From: Chiloscyllium plagiosum | Taxonomy: Eukaryota | Assembly: GCF_004010195.1 (NCBI RefSeq) | Contig: NC_057720.1 | Location: forward strand, 2,895,160 to 2,959,159 | Reading direction: 5' to 3' | Length of the DNA stretch: 64,000 nt | Part shown: piece after piece, positions 37,370-51,095 of the stretch | How the letters are laid out: each line of letters starts with the position of its first letter | How positions within the stretch are numbered: the first letter of the stretch is position 1 | The notes under the pieces: model-generated | What the model was told of the DNA's origin: nothing | Databases searched by the model: none | Seen by the model: the letters and a program-made list of their open reading frames with translations, nothing else | Translations under genes and position numbers: made by a program

Positions 37370-38762
37370 ACCAGTGAGCTTAACCTCTGTAGTAGGGTAG
37401 ATGGGTGAATCTATTATCAAAGAAGAAATAGCAGGGCATCTTGAAAGAAGTTGCCCCATTGGACAGTTGTAGCATGGGTTCATGACGGGCAGATTATGCT
37501 TCACAAATCTTTTGGAACTCTCTGAAGGCATTTCAAGCAAGGTGGACAATGGGGACCCAGTGGATGTGGTGTACCTAGATTTCCAAAAGGCCTTTGACAA
37601 GGTGCCACACAAGAGGCTGCTGCATAAGATACGGACACATGGTGTTAGGGGTAGAGTATTAGCGCTGACAGAGAATTGGTTGACTGACAGGAAGCAAAGC
37701 GTGGAGATAACTGAGTGCTATTCTGGCTAGCAATCAGTGACTAATGGTGTGCCTCAGGTATTGATATTGGGTCTGTGATTATTTACAATATATAGAGATG
37801 ATTTGGAGTTGGGGACCACGTGTATGGTGTCAAAATGTGCTGATGACACTAGAAGAGTGGCACCGCAAAGTGTGCAGAGGACTGTGAAACTTTGCAGAGG
37901 AACATAGATACATTGAGTGAGTGGGCAAAGATCTAGCAGATGGACTACAACATTAGTAAATGTGACATCATACATTTTGGTCGGAGTAACAGTAAAAAGG
38001 ATTATTACTTGAACGGTAAAAAGTTGCAGCATGCTGCTATGCAGAGGGACCTGGGTGTCCTTGTGCATGAATCACACAAGGTTGGTCTACAGGTACAACA
38101 GGGTCATTAGGAAGGCAAATGGAACTTTGTCCTTCATTGCTAAAGGGATTGAGTTTAAAAGCAGGGAGGTTATGTTGCAGCTGTACAAGGTGCTGGTGAG
38201 GCCACACCTGGAGTACTGTGTGCAGTTTTGGTCTCCTTACTTGAGAAAGGATGTACTGGCACTGGAGGGGGTGCAGAGGAGGGTCACTGGGTTGATTCTG
38301 GAGTTGAGGGGGTTGGTTTCTGAGAAGAGACTGAGGAGACTGGGATTATATACATTGGAATTTAGAAGAATAGGGGGGTGCAGAGACGGGAATCTTGTAG
38401 GAACATATAAAATTATGAAGGGAATAGATAAGATAGAAGTTGAGAGGATGTTTCCCCTGGCAGGTGAAGCTAAGACAAGAGGGTATAGCCTCAAGATTAG
38501 GAGGAGCAGATTTAGGACTGAACTGAGAAGGAACTTCTTCACCCAGAGGGTTGTGAATCTGTGGAACTCCTTGCCCAGTAGTTGTTGTAACTTCAGTAAT
38601 TGCTTTTAAAGCTAAGGTTGATATTTTTTGAACAATAAGGGAATTAAGGGATACAGTGAGAAGGCGGGTAAGTGAAGCTGAGTCCATGATCTTATTAAAT
38701 GGGGGAGCAGGCTCAAAGGGCTGGATGGTCTACTCCTGCTCCTAGTTCGTATGTTCTTATGA
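37370..38762 (+). mobile_element. CR1 LINE, third subfamily, decayed
   Basis: [13 protein letters not shown] and RPHLEYCVQFWSPYLRKD motifs. Confidence 0.88.
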
Positions 38763-38946
38763 ATGCCATTATCTGTGCGACATGGAAGGGCTGGTTAGTT
38801 AGCCAGCAGAGGAGTTAAGGCTGATTTACAGTTCACAGCCCGGGTTTGTAAACTAATAATAATTCTCAGCACCCTCCTCTCATTCAGCATCGGTATTAGT
38901 TTCCCCTTGAATTGCTATTCTTGAGACATGCCGTGATGAGGTCAAG

Positions 38947-39160
38947 ATGTGGAGGGGCCGGTGTTGGACTGGGGTGGACAAGGTCAGAGGTCACACGACA
39001 CCAGGTTAAGGTCCAGCAAGTTTATTTGAAATTACAACCTTTCAGAGCTCTGCCCCTTCGTCAGGTGAAATGCTGATGACTGATGAAGGAGCAGTGCTCT
39101 GAAAGCTTGTGATTTCAAATAAGCCTGTTGGACTGTAACCTAGTGTCATGTGACTTTGAC
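38947..39160. mobile_element. Fold-back Penelope-derived element (family B)
   Basis: Same inverted arms as 14396-14587; ctgatgaaggagcagtgctctgaaagctt core. Confidence 0.78.
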
Positions 39161-39348
39161 TGACGAAGGCAAAATGAAAAGCTTCAACAAACTGTGTCTG
39201 TATTCAGCTCTGGTCAGCAGACAGAGTCCACTCCAGCAATTCAGGATGTTGGTACAGACATGGGAGAGGAAGATCAGTGAACTGCTATGATCTGGGATGC
39301 GCTGTGTGAAAGGCTGGTGAAATTATTGACGGAAATGTTGGAACTTTG

Positions 39349-39615
39349 AGGCAGCATGGTGGCTAGGTAGTTAGCACTGTTGCCTCACTGCGCCAGGAAC
39401 CCGGGTTCGATTCCACCCTCAGGTGACTGTCTGTGTGGTGTTTGCACATTCTCCCCGTGTCTGCGTGGGTTTCCTCCGGGCGCTCCGTTTTCCTCCCACA
39501 GTCCAAAGATGTGCAGGTCAGGGTGGATTGGCCACGGGGAATGCAGGGTCACAAGGGTGTGGGCTGCTGTTTGGAGGGTATGTGTAGACTCAGTGGGCCT
39601 AGTCTGTAGGGATTT
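39349..39615 (+). mobile_element. HE1-type SINE
   Basis: tRNA-like head and HE1 core. Confidence 0.82.
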
Positions 39616-40197
39616 TATGAGAGCTGAAAATGCTGATTGACACCATGAGGGGAGAAATCAGTTAGTGAGCTTTCATTGGAACCACAGCCACAATGCAGCT
39701 GAGTGGGGAGCTCACACCATCAGCTGAATCTTTAGGGAGAGAACTCTATCTTAAACAAGATGGTCTTTATTGTAAGATAGATATCGAGCACAAGTCACAT
39801 TCATTCATCAAGGCCATATGAGGAGACCCGGAGACCCGGATATCACACTGGTTTAAGCAAGATCTAAAACAGTTTTGTCTCATCCCCACCCCATCAGTAT
39901 GGCATCGAGAAATTGGGTGAACTTAATGCAGTGAACAGCCTTAACCCTTTCAGAACCATTAGCTTTTTACAGCGGGTTGGAGAAATTATTGAACAGGGCA
40001 GGGCTCTGGGGAAAGAACAGTGACACAATAGAATAGATCCAAGACCCTTTTCACAGAGCCAGTACAGGAGCAGTGGGCCGAATGGCCTCCTCCTGGCCAT
40101 TGCGATTCTCTGATTGTGTCGGTAACGGAAGCAGGGGGAACATTGATGAAAATATGGTGAAATAACGTTAACGCTGAGGTGTCTGCGATGCTTGCAG

Positions 40198-40251
40198 GGC
40201 CAAAAAGGGGCGAAAGGATCACCTGGAGAGCCGGGGAAACCAGGATTATCA
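40198..40251 (+). CDS. COL24A1: Collagen exon J (54 nt): GQKGAKGSPGEPGKPGLS
   Basis: gatgcttgcag|GGC...TCA|gtgagt. Confidence 0.93.
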
Positions 40252-42309
40252 GTGAGTATCCCTTTCACAGCCGAGAAACCTTCCTTTTCACCACTCAAGG
40301 TTGGATTGGAGCAAAGAATGTGGCTTAATTTCGCCAATGATCTCAGCGATTTCCAGACCCAAATTTATACCCAATGGCCCACGTCTAACTTTTACATTTT
40401 TAAAAAATTTATTTGTGGGAGGTGAGTGTCACTGGCTGGACCAGTAATTATTGTCTATCCCTAGTTGCCCCTTGAGAAGGTTGGGGTGAGCTGCCTTCCT
40501 GAACCGCTGCAGTCTCTGTGCTTTGGCTGGACCTACAATGCCCTTAGGGAGGGATTTAAATCATTAATGCTCTCCAAGTTGTCATGTATAAAAGTGCAGA
40601 GTTGAGTAACACGTCCAGCTCTCACATCACTCAACGCTGTATCTCAACACCAAAGGACCCACAGTGAAGGATGCCTTTGTGTTGTCACTGTTACTAACTT
40701 AGCAATCTCACTCACAGATCCATGGAGAGCGAAGGACCTCGTCACTAAAAGTTAATTCATGGATGTAAGCATCAGGAAGCAGGCCAGAAGCCCTTGTGAA
40801 ACTGGTCCTCAGGCACCTTCTCAACAAGGGAGTAGTACTAACAGAGTGACATTACTGGACTCGATTCGAGAGGCCTGGGCTAATGATCGGGAAACATCAG
40901 ATCAAATCCCAACAGCTACAGAATTTAACTGCAATTAGTTGAATGGATATGAAGTAATAAGTGGGGGTTAGATTTACACCCCTCCCCCTCCCCCCCCTTG
41001 GCAGGTTTGAAGACAGAGGGAGCAGTAAAATCCCAAAGGTGGTCCCTCAACTTCCTGAACTCTTACGGTTTGGGGAGATGCATAGAAATCTGGAGCAGGA
41101 GTAGGCCATTCAGCCCTTCAACCCTGCTCCTCCGTTCAATCTGCTCACAGCTGACCCATCCAGCTCAGTTCCCTGTTCTCACTCTCTCCTCCAAACCCTT
41201 TTACCCCTTTAGCCCGAAGAACTATAACTAATTCCTTCTTGAAAACATTCAATGTTTTGGCCTCAAATGCTTTCTATGACAGTGATTTCCACAGACTCCC
41301 CACTCTCTGGGTGAAGACATTTCTCCATATCTCAGTCCCAATTGGAGCAGGGTCCAGGGGAGGCATCAGATGACCCACCCCTCCATGGGCTATTGAAACT
41401 ATTAGCGCTGGGATTTACCCCATAACAGGGCTGGGGGTGTGGGGGTGGGGTGTGGGGTAGGGATGGGGTTGGAGGTGAGGGATGTGGTCTATACCATATG
41501 GGGAGCTCTGGATAATCAGGATGGGCAAGAAATGCTGGCTATTTATCCATCCCATGAATGAGTAGAAAAAAGGGCAGCAGATACATGGGAATATCACCAC
41601 TGTCAAGTTCCCCTCCAAACCACTCCCCAATCTGACGTGGAAATATATCGCTGTTCCCTCAATATTGCTGGGTCCAAATCCTGGAATTCTCTCCTGAAGG
41701 GCATTGTGGCGGAAATAGGAAATAATCAGATCTTATTGAATGGGTAGCAGGCTCAAGGTGCCGAGTGGACTATTCCTAGTCTTAAACTGTATGTCCTTCT
41801 GGACTGGGATGGTTCTGGAAGGCAGCTCAGCGTATCTCTCTAGATGGACAAAAAAACATTGACCCAGCCACTTCCCAAGGTGATTAAAGTCAATGATTGC
41901 TGATACGTGGAAATGGAAGATGAAATGTGGGATGCAAAGGAACATCATAACAGAAAGAAAGTGGCAATGAAGAAATGGTAAGGTTAATAGATCCACTCTC
42001 GGCTCCAAGAAGGTTAACACACAATAATTACTGGGGCTGGAGCGGTGAGGGAAATGTTCGAATTTAGACACGGTGTAGGGTATCGTGCAGTGGCAATGTC
42101 TCAGCCGTTCTGTCGCTGACTCTGTGTCAGGAAAGAGGTGACATTGTAAACAATATCTGCAGACACTTGAAGAGAAATTGCACCCGTCCCTTCTTAAGGG
42201 AATTCGAGATGGAAGAGGAATTATCCCAGCTTTTCCAGCCTCCCACCCAAAGGCCATGGACGTGTTCAGTGACATTCCTCAGGAACTGTTTCTTTCCTTC
42301 ATTTTCCAG

Positions 42310-42417
42310 GGAATCACAGGACCACCTGGGAAAAGAGGAGCAGAGGGACAGCCAGGATTGAGGGGAAAGCCTGGGAATGTCGGAAAGACAGGAATTCCTG
42401 GAAATCCTGGGCGACCT
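42310..42417 (+). CDS. COL24A1: Collagen exon K (108 nt): GITGPPGKRGAEGQPGLRGKPGNVGKTGIPGNPGRP
   Basis: cattttccag|GGA...CCT|gtaagt. Confidence 0.95.
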
Positions 42418-42739
42418 GTAAGTATGCCTCACCTTTCATTTCCCTTTAACACATTTTGTTTGGGAACGATGTGCTGGACAAGATGAGAGATGGGAGGAGT
42501 GAACACTTCCCAGTCCCGGAATCCATTACAAGACTAGGCACTTACAGAACACAGTACAGCGTAGGAACAGGCTCTTCAGCCCACCATGTCTGTGCTGACC
42601 ATGATGCCATTCTAAACTAATCCCATCTGACTGCACATGCCCTATCCCTTTATTCCCTGCTGGTTCATACGTCTGTCTAAATAAATGCTGGCCCAGCCAG
42701 TGACGCCCTTATTTCACGAATAAATAAAAATGAATATGA

Positions 42740-43150
42740 GGAATGGTTGAGGACTCTGGGTCTGTACTCGATGGAGTTTAGAGGGATGAGGGGAATCTGA
42801 TTGAAACTTATAGAATACTGAGGGCCCGGACAGAGTGGACGTGGAGAAGATGTTTCCACTAGTAGGCGAGACTAGGACCCGAGGGCACAGCCTCAGAGTG
42901 AAGGGGCGACCCTTTAGAACTGAGATGAGGAGGAATTTCTTCAGCCAGAGGGTGGGGAATCTGTGGAACTCATTGTCACAGAGGGCTGTGGAGGTCAAGT
43001 CATTGAGTGTATTTAAGACAAAGATAGATAGGTTTCTGATTGGTAAGGGGATCAAGGGTTACAGGGAGAAGGGAGGAAAATGGGGTCGAGAAACATATCA
43101 GCCGTGATTAAATGGCAGAGCAGACTCAATGGGCCAAATGGGCTAATTCT
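42740..43150 (+). mobile_element. CR1 LINE 3' end
   Basis: ORF 42835..43107 TRGHSLRVKGRPFRTEMRRNFFSQRV. Confidence 0.85.
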
Positions 43151-44184
43151 GCTTCGATATCTTGTCTTATTTTTGTGGAACTAGTGACGGAGCATTATAA
43201 TGGGGAAAGCAGTTGCTGGTTAGTTGAGTTGAAGTGGATGTGGGCCCCTCTCCTAAAGTTGCTGTCCAATTTGTGAATCAATTTCAGAATGTGCAGTGAC
43301 CCTCAGCATTGCTTTGTTAGAACACTTTACTCAGCGAGTCGTGAATTCATGGAATGCCCTGCCAGTAGCAGTGGTGGACTCTCCCTCATTATGGGCGTTT
43401 AAGCGGGCATTGGATAGGTATATGGAGGATAGTGGGCTAGTGTAGGTTAGGTGGGCTTGGATCGGCGCAACATCGAGGGCCGAAGGGCCTGTACTGCGCT
43501 GTATTCTTCTATGTTCTATGTTCTATGTAACACGCTACACCAACACGTTACACAACCTGGACCACAGCAACAAGGGATCGGCAGAAATTCAACTCTTTCT
43601 ACATGCAACTACATCCCTTTGTGCTTAAAAATAAAACATACTCTTTTGAATGGGAAAGGGCTGCATTTACTAATCTCCTGGAAAGAAATTGTTAAATGTC
43701 CACATTCTGTGCACTGTGCGGCAAGTTACACAGCCCAAATCTTGCTAGTTTCATGACCTCTGCTGGTTAAAAAATGCATAGCATTGTTTCTCAAATAGAA
43801 AGCGTTATCACTGCGATTCAACTTTTATTAGGTTTTTTTTATAAGAATGTGATTTTGCAAAATGCTTGTAAAGTATTTCTAGCATTGAAATGGCCCATAT
43901 TGCCGTGAGGAGCAAGAATAGGTGAGTAGCAAAGGTCTTTTTCCTGGAGTGGGTTAGTCTTAATTAGAGGGGACAGGTTTAGGGTGAGAGGGGAAGGATA
44001 TAGAAGGGACCTAAGGGGCAACTTTTCAATACAGAGTGTGGTATGTGTATGGAATGAGCTGCCAGAGGAAGTGGTGGAGGCTGGTACAATTACAGCATTT
44101 AATAGGCATCTGTGTGGGTACATAAATAGGAAGGACTTTAAGGGATATGGGCCAAATGCTGGCAAATGGGACTAGATTACACAG

Positions 44185-46470
44185 AAGCATAGAATATCGA
44201 ACAGGCCCTTCAGCCCTCAATGTTGTGTCGTCTTTCTATCCTACTCTAAGATCAGACTAACCTACGTACCCTTCATTTTGCTACCATCCATGTGCCTATC
44301 TAAGAGTCTCTTAAATGTCCCTAATGTCTCTGACTCTACTCCCACCGCTGGCACTGCATTTCATGCACCCCTCTCTGTGTAAAGACCCTCCCTCTGACAT
44401 CTCCCCTAAACCTTCCTCCAATCACCTTAAAATTGTGCCCCCTTGTGATAGACATTTCCACCTGGGAAAAAATCCCTGGCTATCCACTCAATCTATGCCT
44501 CTCATCATCTTGTACACCTCTGTCAAGTCACCTCTCATCCTTCTTCACTCCAATTAGAAAAGCCCTAGCTCCCGCAACCTTTCTTCATAAGACATGCCCT
44601 CCAGTCCAGGCAATATCCTGGTAAATCTCCTCTCCACCCTCTCTAAAGCTTTCACATCATTCCTATAAAGAGGCAACCAGAACCGAACACAATATTCCAA
44701 GTGTGGTCTCACCAGGGCTCTATCTAGTTGTAGCATAACCTCACGGCTCTTAAACTCAATCCCCCTGCTAATGAAACACACCATATGCCTTCTTAACAAC
44801 CCTATCAAATTGGGTGGCAACTTTAAGGGATCTGTGGACATGGACCCCAAGATCCCTCTGTTCCTCCACATTGCCAAGAATCTTGCCTTTAACCCTGTAT
44901 TCTGCGTTCAAATATCACCTTCCAAAATGAGTCGCTTCACACTTTTCCAGATTGAACTCCATCTGCCATTTCTCAGCCCAGTTCTGCATCCTGTCAATGT
45001 CCCGCTGTAACCTACAACAGCCCTCCGCACTATCCACAACTCCACCAACCTTTGTGTCATTGACAAACTTACTAACCCACCCTTCCACTTCCTCGTCCAA
45101 GTCATTTATAAAAATCATAAAGAGCAGAGGTCCCAGAACAGATCCCTGCAGAACACCACTGGTCACTGAGCTCCAGGCTGAATACTTTCAATTGATTACC
45201 ACCCTCTGTCTTCTGTGGGCCTGCCAATTCTGTCTCCAAACAGCCAGATTTCCCTTTATTCCATGCTTCCTTTCTCTCTGAATGAGCCTACCTTGGGGAA
45301 CCATATCAAACACCTGGCTAAAATGTGTAGAATGCTTTACCTTCATCAATGTGTTTTGTCACATCCTCAAAGAATTCAATAAGGTTTGTGAGGCATGACC
45401 TGACCCTCACAAAGCCATGCAGATTATCTCTAATCAAATTATGGTTTTCCAAATAATTATAAATCTTGTCTCTCAAAATCCCCTCCAATATTTTGTCCAC
45501 CGCTGACATAAGACTGACTGGTCTGTAATTCCCAGGATTATCCCTATTCTCTTTTCTGAACAGGGGAAAAATATTTGCCATCCTCCAATCATCCTGTACT
45601 ATTCCAGTGGACAGTGAGGATGCAAAGATCGCTGCCAAATGTGCGGCAATCTCTTTCCTCACTTCCTGTAGTAACTTAGGATACAGAGTCAAGAGTGTGG
45701 AAAAGCTCAGCAGGTCAGGCAGCATCCGAGGATTAGGAGAATCGACATTTCGGGCAAAAGCCCTTTATCAGGAATACCTTCCATCCACCATCTATGAACT
45801 CAGTCCTGATGAAGGGCTTATGCCCAAAACGTCGATTCTCCTGCTCCTTGGATGCTGTCTGACTTGCTGTGCTTTTCTAGCACCACATTCTCGACTCTGA
45901 TCTCCAGCATCTGCAGTCCTCACTTTCTTCCAGTAACTTAGGGTACATCCCGTCTGGCCCAGGGGATTTATCTATCCTTATGCTTTTCAAAATTTTCAGC
46001 ACATCCTCCTTCCTATCATCAACCTGTTCGAGCATATCAGTCTGTTTCATGCTGTCCTCAGAAATGTCAAGGTCCCTCTCAGTAGTGAATACTGAAGCAA
46101 AGTATTCATTAAGGACCTCTCCTACCTCCTCCGACTCCAGGTACAAGTTCCGTCCACTATCCCTGATAAGCCCCATCCTTAATCTGGCCATCCTCTTGTT
46201 CCTCACATAAGTGTAGAATGCCTTGGGATTTTCCTTAATCCTACCCATTAAAGTTTTTTCATGCCCCCTTCTAGCTCTCCTAAGTCCATTCTTCAGTTCC
46301 TTCCTGGCTACCTTGTAACCCCTAGAGCCCTGTCTGATCCTTGCCTCTTCAACCTTAAGTACGCTTCCTTCTTCCTCCTGACTAGATGTTCCACATCCCT
46401 TGTCACCCAAGGTTCCCTTATCCTACCATCCCTTCCTTGCCTCAGTGGGACAAACCCATCCAGCCCTATC
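44185..46470 (-). mobile_element. CR1 LINE, decayed ORF2
   Basis: ORF fragments 45877..46410, 45318..45725, 44915..45166 and 44554..44877. Confidence 0.9.
45686..45931. mobile_element. Fold-back family A element inserted in the CR1 RT region
   Basis: TSD agtaacttagg(a/g)taca at 45670-45685/45932-45947 duplicates the CR1 peptide YPKLL. Confidence 0.85.
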
Positions 46471-47382
46471 AGCAAGTGCTTGGTCTGTCTTCAGTTTCTA
46501 AACCTTATGTATGCGTCCTTTTTCTTTTTGACTAAGCTCCAATTACTCTTGTCACCCAAGGTTCCCAAATCTTGCCCTCCTTATCCTTTATTTGCTGGTC
46601 CTAAACTCCAATCAACTGGCCTTTAAAAGATTCCCAGATGCCCTGATGTGGATTTTCCCTCAAACAGCTGCTCCCAACCTGCATTCCTCAGTTCCTCTCT
46701 GATATTGTGGTAGTTTGGCTTCTGTCAATACTTACACCTGAGGACTACTCTTATCCTTAACCAGCAGTAACTAAAAATGTACAGAATTATGGTCACTGTT
46801 CCCAAAATGCTGCCCAATGAAATTTTGATCACCCAACAGGGCCCATTCCTCAATTCCAGGTCTAGAATGCCCCCTTCCCTGATTGGGCAATTTACATGTT
46901 GTTCCAAAGATATTGTTGTAAAAACCCATCTGTGTCACCAGTGTCATTCAGGGAAGGAAATCTGCCATTCTTACCTGGTCTGGCCTACATGTGACTCCAG
47001 AACCACAGCAATGTGGTTGACTCTTCGCAATTAAGGACAGGTGATAAATGCTGCCCACATACCACAAATATTTTTATTTTAAATGCATTTAATTTGTTTA
47101 GAAATCTGGAATTATGATGATAACCATTGCTGATTGTCAAAAAAAAAATCTAGTTGACCAATATCTTTTAAAGGAAGATGGTTGACTCCTATCTGCCATC
47201 TGAAATGACCCAGTTGTAAGAGCTGATAGAAAAGAATTAAAATGGGCAGACCACCTGGCATCAACGCGGGCACAGAAAGTAGGTACCTGGTGCAGGCAGG
47301 ACATTACTGTGAGGTGAGCAGTTCTCATGGTTATTATGGGGCAAGTCAGATATTAACTGCTGAAATCTGTACAAGATTTCAC

Positions 47383-47878
47383 CGGGGCGGCACAGTGGCT
47401 CAGTGGTTAGCACTGCTGCCTCACAGCGCCAGGGTCCCAGGTTCGATTCCAGCCTCAGGTGACATTCTCCCCGTGTCTGCGTGGGGTTGCTCCGGTTTCC
47501 TCCCACAATCCAAAGATGTGCAGGTCAGCTGAATGGCAGTTCTAAATTGCCCGTAGTGAATCTGTACAAGATTTCACCGGGGCGGCACGGTGGCTCAGTG
47601 GTTAGCACTGCTGCCTCACAGCGCCAGGGTCCCAGGTTCGATTCCAGCCTCAGGTGACTCTCTGTGGAGTTTGCACATTGTCCCAGTGTCTGCGTGGGGT
47701 TGCTCCGGTTTCCTCCCACAATCCAAAGATGTGCAGGTCAGGTGAATGGCAGTTCTAAATTGCCCGTAGTGTTAGGTGCATTAGTCAGAGAGAAATGGGT
47801 CTGAGTGGGTTACTCTTCGGAGGGTTAGTGTGGACTTGTTGGGCCAAAGATCCTGTTTCCACACAGTAGGGAATCTAA
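47383..47878 (+). mobile_element. HE1-type SINE with a tandem partial duplication
   Basis: Two heads 195 bp apart. Confidence 0.85.
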
Positions 47879-48359
47879 AAGAGCAGAAATCTGGAACTTC
47901 TCAATTCACTTTGTTAGTCCACAATCCATGCTATTCACAATACAATGCGTGCAACTACATGAAGTGGAATACTTATTCATGACTTCCCCTTGAAAAATGC
48001 CTGAACAGGTAATAACTGGGTGCCTTTATCAGTAAGTGACTTTATTTTAATGACATGATAAGTGAGGATTAATGGCAAATACATTTCCTGACTCTGAAAG
48101 TTTTGCTTTGCCAATGCAGTCTCATTCCTTCAGAGCAGAGTTCTCCAAATGTCTCAGCCAACCCTTACCACTTTGTCTTAAAGCCAGCAGCCATTCCTTA
48201 ACCATTGACCAGAGACTAAGGAGAAAAGGGGCAGGGAACAATCAATTTTTTGAATAGCACTCGGGCAGTTAGGTATCTCCTTTTATTTAATTAAGAAACG
48301 GCAACAACCGAGGGTAAATTCAATTAGTTTATCACTCTTTGGTTTTGTTTAAATTGGAT

Positions 48360-48673
48360 GATTAGATTCGATTCCCTACAGTGTGGAAACAGGCCCTTCG
48401 GCCCCACCAGTCCACACCGATCCTAAGAAGAGTAACCCACCCAGACCCATTTCCCTCTGAATAATGTACCTAACATGATGGGGAATTTAGCATGGACAAT
48501 TCACCTGACCTGCACATCTTTGGAATGTGGGAGGAAACTGGCGCACCCGGAGGAAATCCATGCAGACACGGGGAGAACGTGCAAACTCCACACAGACAGT
48601 CGTCCGAGGCTGGAATGGAGCCTGGAACCCTGGTGCTGTAAGGCAACAGTGCTAACCACTGAGCCACCATGCT
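48360..48673 (-). mobile_element. HE1-type SINE
   Basis: Reverse complement of the HE1 head and core; (attag)n tail. Confidence 0.85.
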
Positions 48674-48691
48674 GCCAATTTATAACGGATT

Positions 48692-48903
48692 GTGGCCAGT
48701 TAGCTCAGTTGGCTGAATGGCTGGCATGTGATGCTAACAGCATGGGTTCAATTCCCACACTGGCTGTGTTACCACAAAAGAATCTCCTTCTCGACCTCTC
48801 CCCTCGCCTGTAGCATGGTGACACTCAGGTTATACCACCACCAGTCCTCTCTCTCTCTCCAATGAGAGAGCTGCCCTATGGTCTGGGAGGACTATGATGG
48901 CTT
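48692..48903 (+). mobile_element. tRNA-derived SINE (different family)
   Basis: A-box tagctcagttgg and B-box ggttcaattcc followed by a non-tRNA body. Confidence 0.6.
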
Positions 48904-48974
48904 TTATGTGTAGATTATTGGTGGGAGGGAAATGGAGATTTGGAGTAGGCAAACATCACTTGAAAAGTGCAGTG

Positions 48975-50830
48975 TTCAAGGTCCAATCATCTTCAGCTGC
49001 TTCATCAATGACCTTCCCTCCATCATAAGGTGGGATGTTCGCCGATGGGTGCACAATGTTCAGCATCCTTCACAACTCCTCAGATAATGAAGCAGTCCAT
49101 GTTCAAATGCAACAAGATCAGGACAATATCCAGCTTCGGCTAACAGGTGGCAAGTAACATTTGTGCCACATAAATGCCAGGCTATGACCATCACCAATAA
49201 GAGACAATTTAACCACTTCCCCTTAACATTCAGTGGTGTTACCATCACTGAATCTCCCACTATCAATATCCTGGGGGGTTATCATTAAGCAGAAACTCAA
49301 CTGGACTCACCACATTAGCACAGTGGCTGCAAGAGAAGATCAGAGACTAGAAATACTGCAGCGAGTAACTCACCTCCTGACTCCCCACATCCTGTCCACC
49401 ATCTACAAGGCACAAGTCAGGAGTATGATGGGATACTCCCCACTTGCCTGGATGGGGGCAGCTCCAACAACACTCAAGAAGCTTGACACCATCCAGGATA
49501 AAGCAGCCCCCACTTGATTGGCACCACATCCACAAATATCCAGTCCCTCCACCACCAACATTCAGTAGCAGCAGTGTGTATCATCTACAAGATGCACTGC
49601 AGAAATTCACCAAAGATCCTCAGACAGCACCTTCCAAACCCACAACCACTTCCATCTGGAAGGACAAGGGCAGCAGATACATGGGAACACCTCCCCCTGC
49701 AAGTTCCCCTCCAGAGTCTAGATTAGAGTGGTGCTGGAAAAGCACAGCAGTTCAAGCAGCACCTGAGGAGCAGTAAAATCGACGTTTCGGGCAAAAGCCC
49801 TTCATCAGGAATAGAGGCAGAGGGTCTGAAGGGTGGAGAGATAAATGAGAGGAGGGTGGGGGNNNNNNNNNNNNNNNNNNNNNNNNNNNNNNNNNNNNNN
49901 NNNNNNNNNNNNNNNNNNNNNNNNNNNNNNNNNNNNNNNNNNNNNNNNNNNNNNNNNNNNNNNNNNNNNNNNNNNNNNNNNNNNNNNNNNNNNNNNNNNN
50001 NNNNNNNNNNNNNNNNNNNNNNNNNNNNNNNNNNNNNNNNNNNNNNNNNNNNNNNNNNNNNNNNNNNNNNNNNNNNNNNNNNNNNNNNNNNNNNNNNNNN
50101 NNNNNNNNNNNNNNNNNNNNNNNNNNNNNNNNNNNNNNNNNNNNNNNNNNNNNNNNNNNNNNNNNNNNNNNNNNNNNNNNNNNNNNNNNNNNNNNNNNNN
50201 NNNNNNNNNNNNNNNNNNNNNNNNNNNNNNNNNNNNNNNNNNNNNNNNNNNNNNNNNNNNNNNNNNNNNNNNNNNNNNNNNNNNNNNNNNNNNNNNNNNN
50301 NNNNNNNNNNNNNNNNNNNNNNNNNNNNNNNNNNNNNNNNNNNNNNNNNNNNNNNNNNNNNNNNNNNNNNNNNNNNNNNNNNNNNNNNNNNNNNNNNNNN
50401 NNNNNNNNNNNNNNNNNNNNNNNNNNNNNATCCCTGGTGGTGGGGTCTGTTTGGAGGTGGCGGAAATGTCGGCAGATGATTTGGTTTATGCGAAGGTTGG
50501 TAGGGTGGAAGGTGAGCACCAGGGGGGTTCTGTCCTTGTTACGGTTGGAGGGGTGAGGTCTGAGGGTGGAGGTGCAGGATGTAGACGAGATGCATTGGAG
50601 GGCATCTTTAACCACGTGGGAAGGGAAATTGCAGTCTCCAAGCCACTTACCATCCTTACTTGGAAATATCTCGCTATTCCTTCACTGTCACTGGGTCAAA
50701 ATCCTGGAATTCCTTTCCTCAGGGCATTGTACAGCACATGGACTGCAGTGGTTCGAGGAGGCAGTTCTCCAACAATGGCTCAAGGGTAATAATGGACAAT
50801 GAATGTTGGTCCAGAGCCACCCATCTCCCA
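48975..50830 (+). mobile_element. L2/CR1-group LINE 3' part, split by a Penelope insertion
   Basis: ORF 49233..49517 STIYKAQVRSMMGYSPLAWMGAAPTTLKKLD; sequence resumes at about 50636 (ctccaagccacttaccatcc). Confidence 0.78.
49713..50635 (-). mobile_element. Penelope-like element 3' portion (RT/endonuclease linker plus family A LTR), spanning N gap 49863-50429
   Basis: Peptide NKDRTPLVLTFHPTNLRINQIICRHFRHLQTDP; hammerhead motif on the minus strand at about 49777-49812. Confidence 0.78.
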
Positions 50831-50987
50831 TGGACAAATAATGAAATGTCCTTTCATCTCCAGACCAGGATATATTTGATGTTCAGAATTACATGCTCCC
50901 AATGGTTAACTCTGTTTTTATTTTTTTGGATAACGGTTGCTCCCCTTGTTTGAATGGCTGTTTCATGAGTTAATGTGGTTTGTGCAG

Positions 50988-51095
50988 GGCGATCTGGGTG
51001 ATCTTGGGATGGTTGGACTGGCTGGTGCCCCTGGACCGAGGGGCGCTCCTGGAGAACCAGGCCTGGTGGGTGACAGAGGAAGACGGGGACCAAAG
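50988..51095 (+). CDS. COL24A1: Collagen exon L (108 nt): GDLGDLGMVGLAGAPGPRGAPGEPGLVGDRGRRGPK
   Basis: gtttgtgcag|GGC...AAG|gtaatc. Confidence 0.95.

Noticed and set aside
49845..50789. 314-aa and 207-aa ORFs (and those at 34861-35566)
   Set aside because: Length is inflated by N runs.
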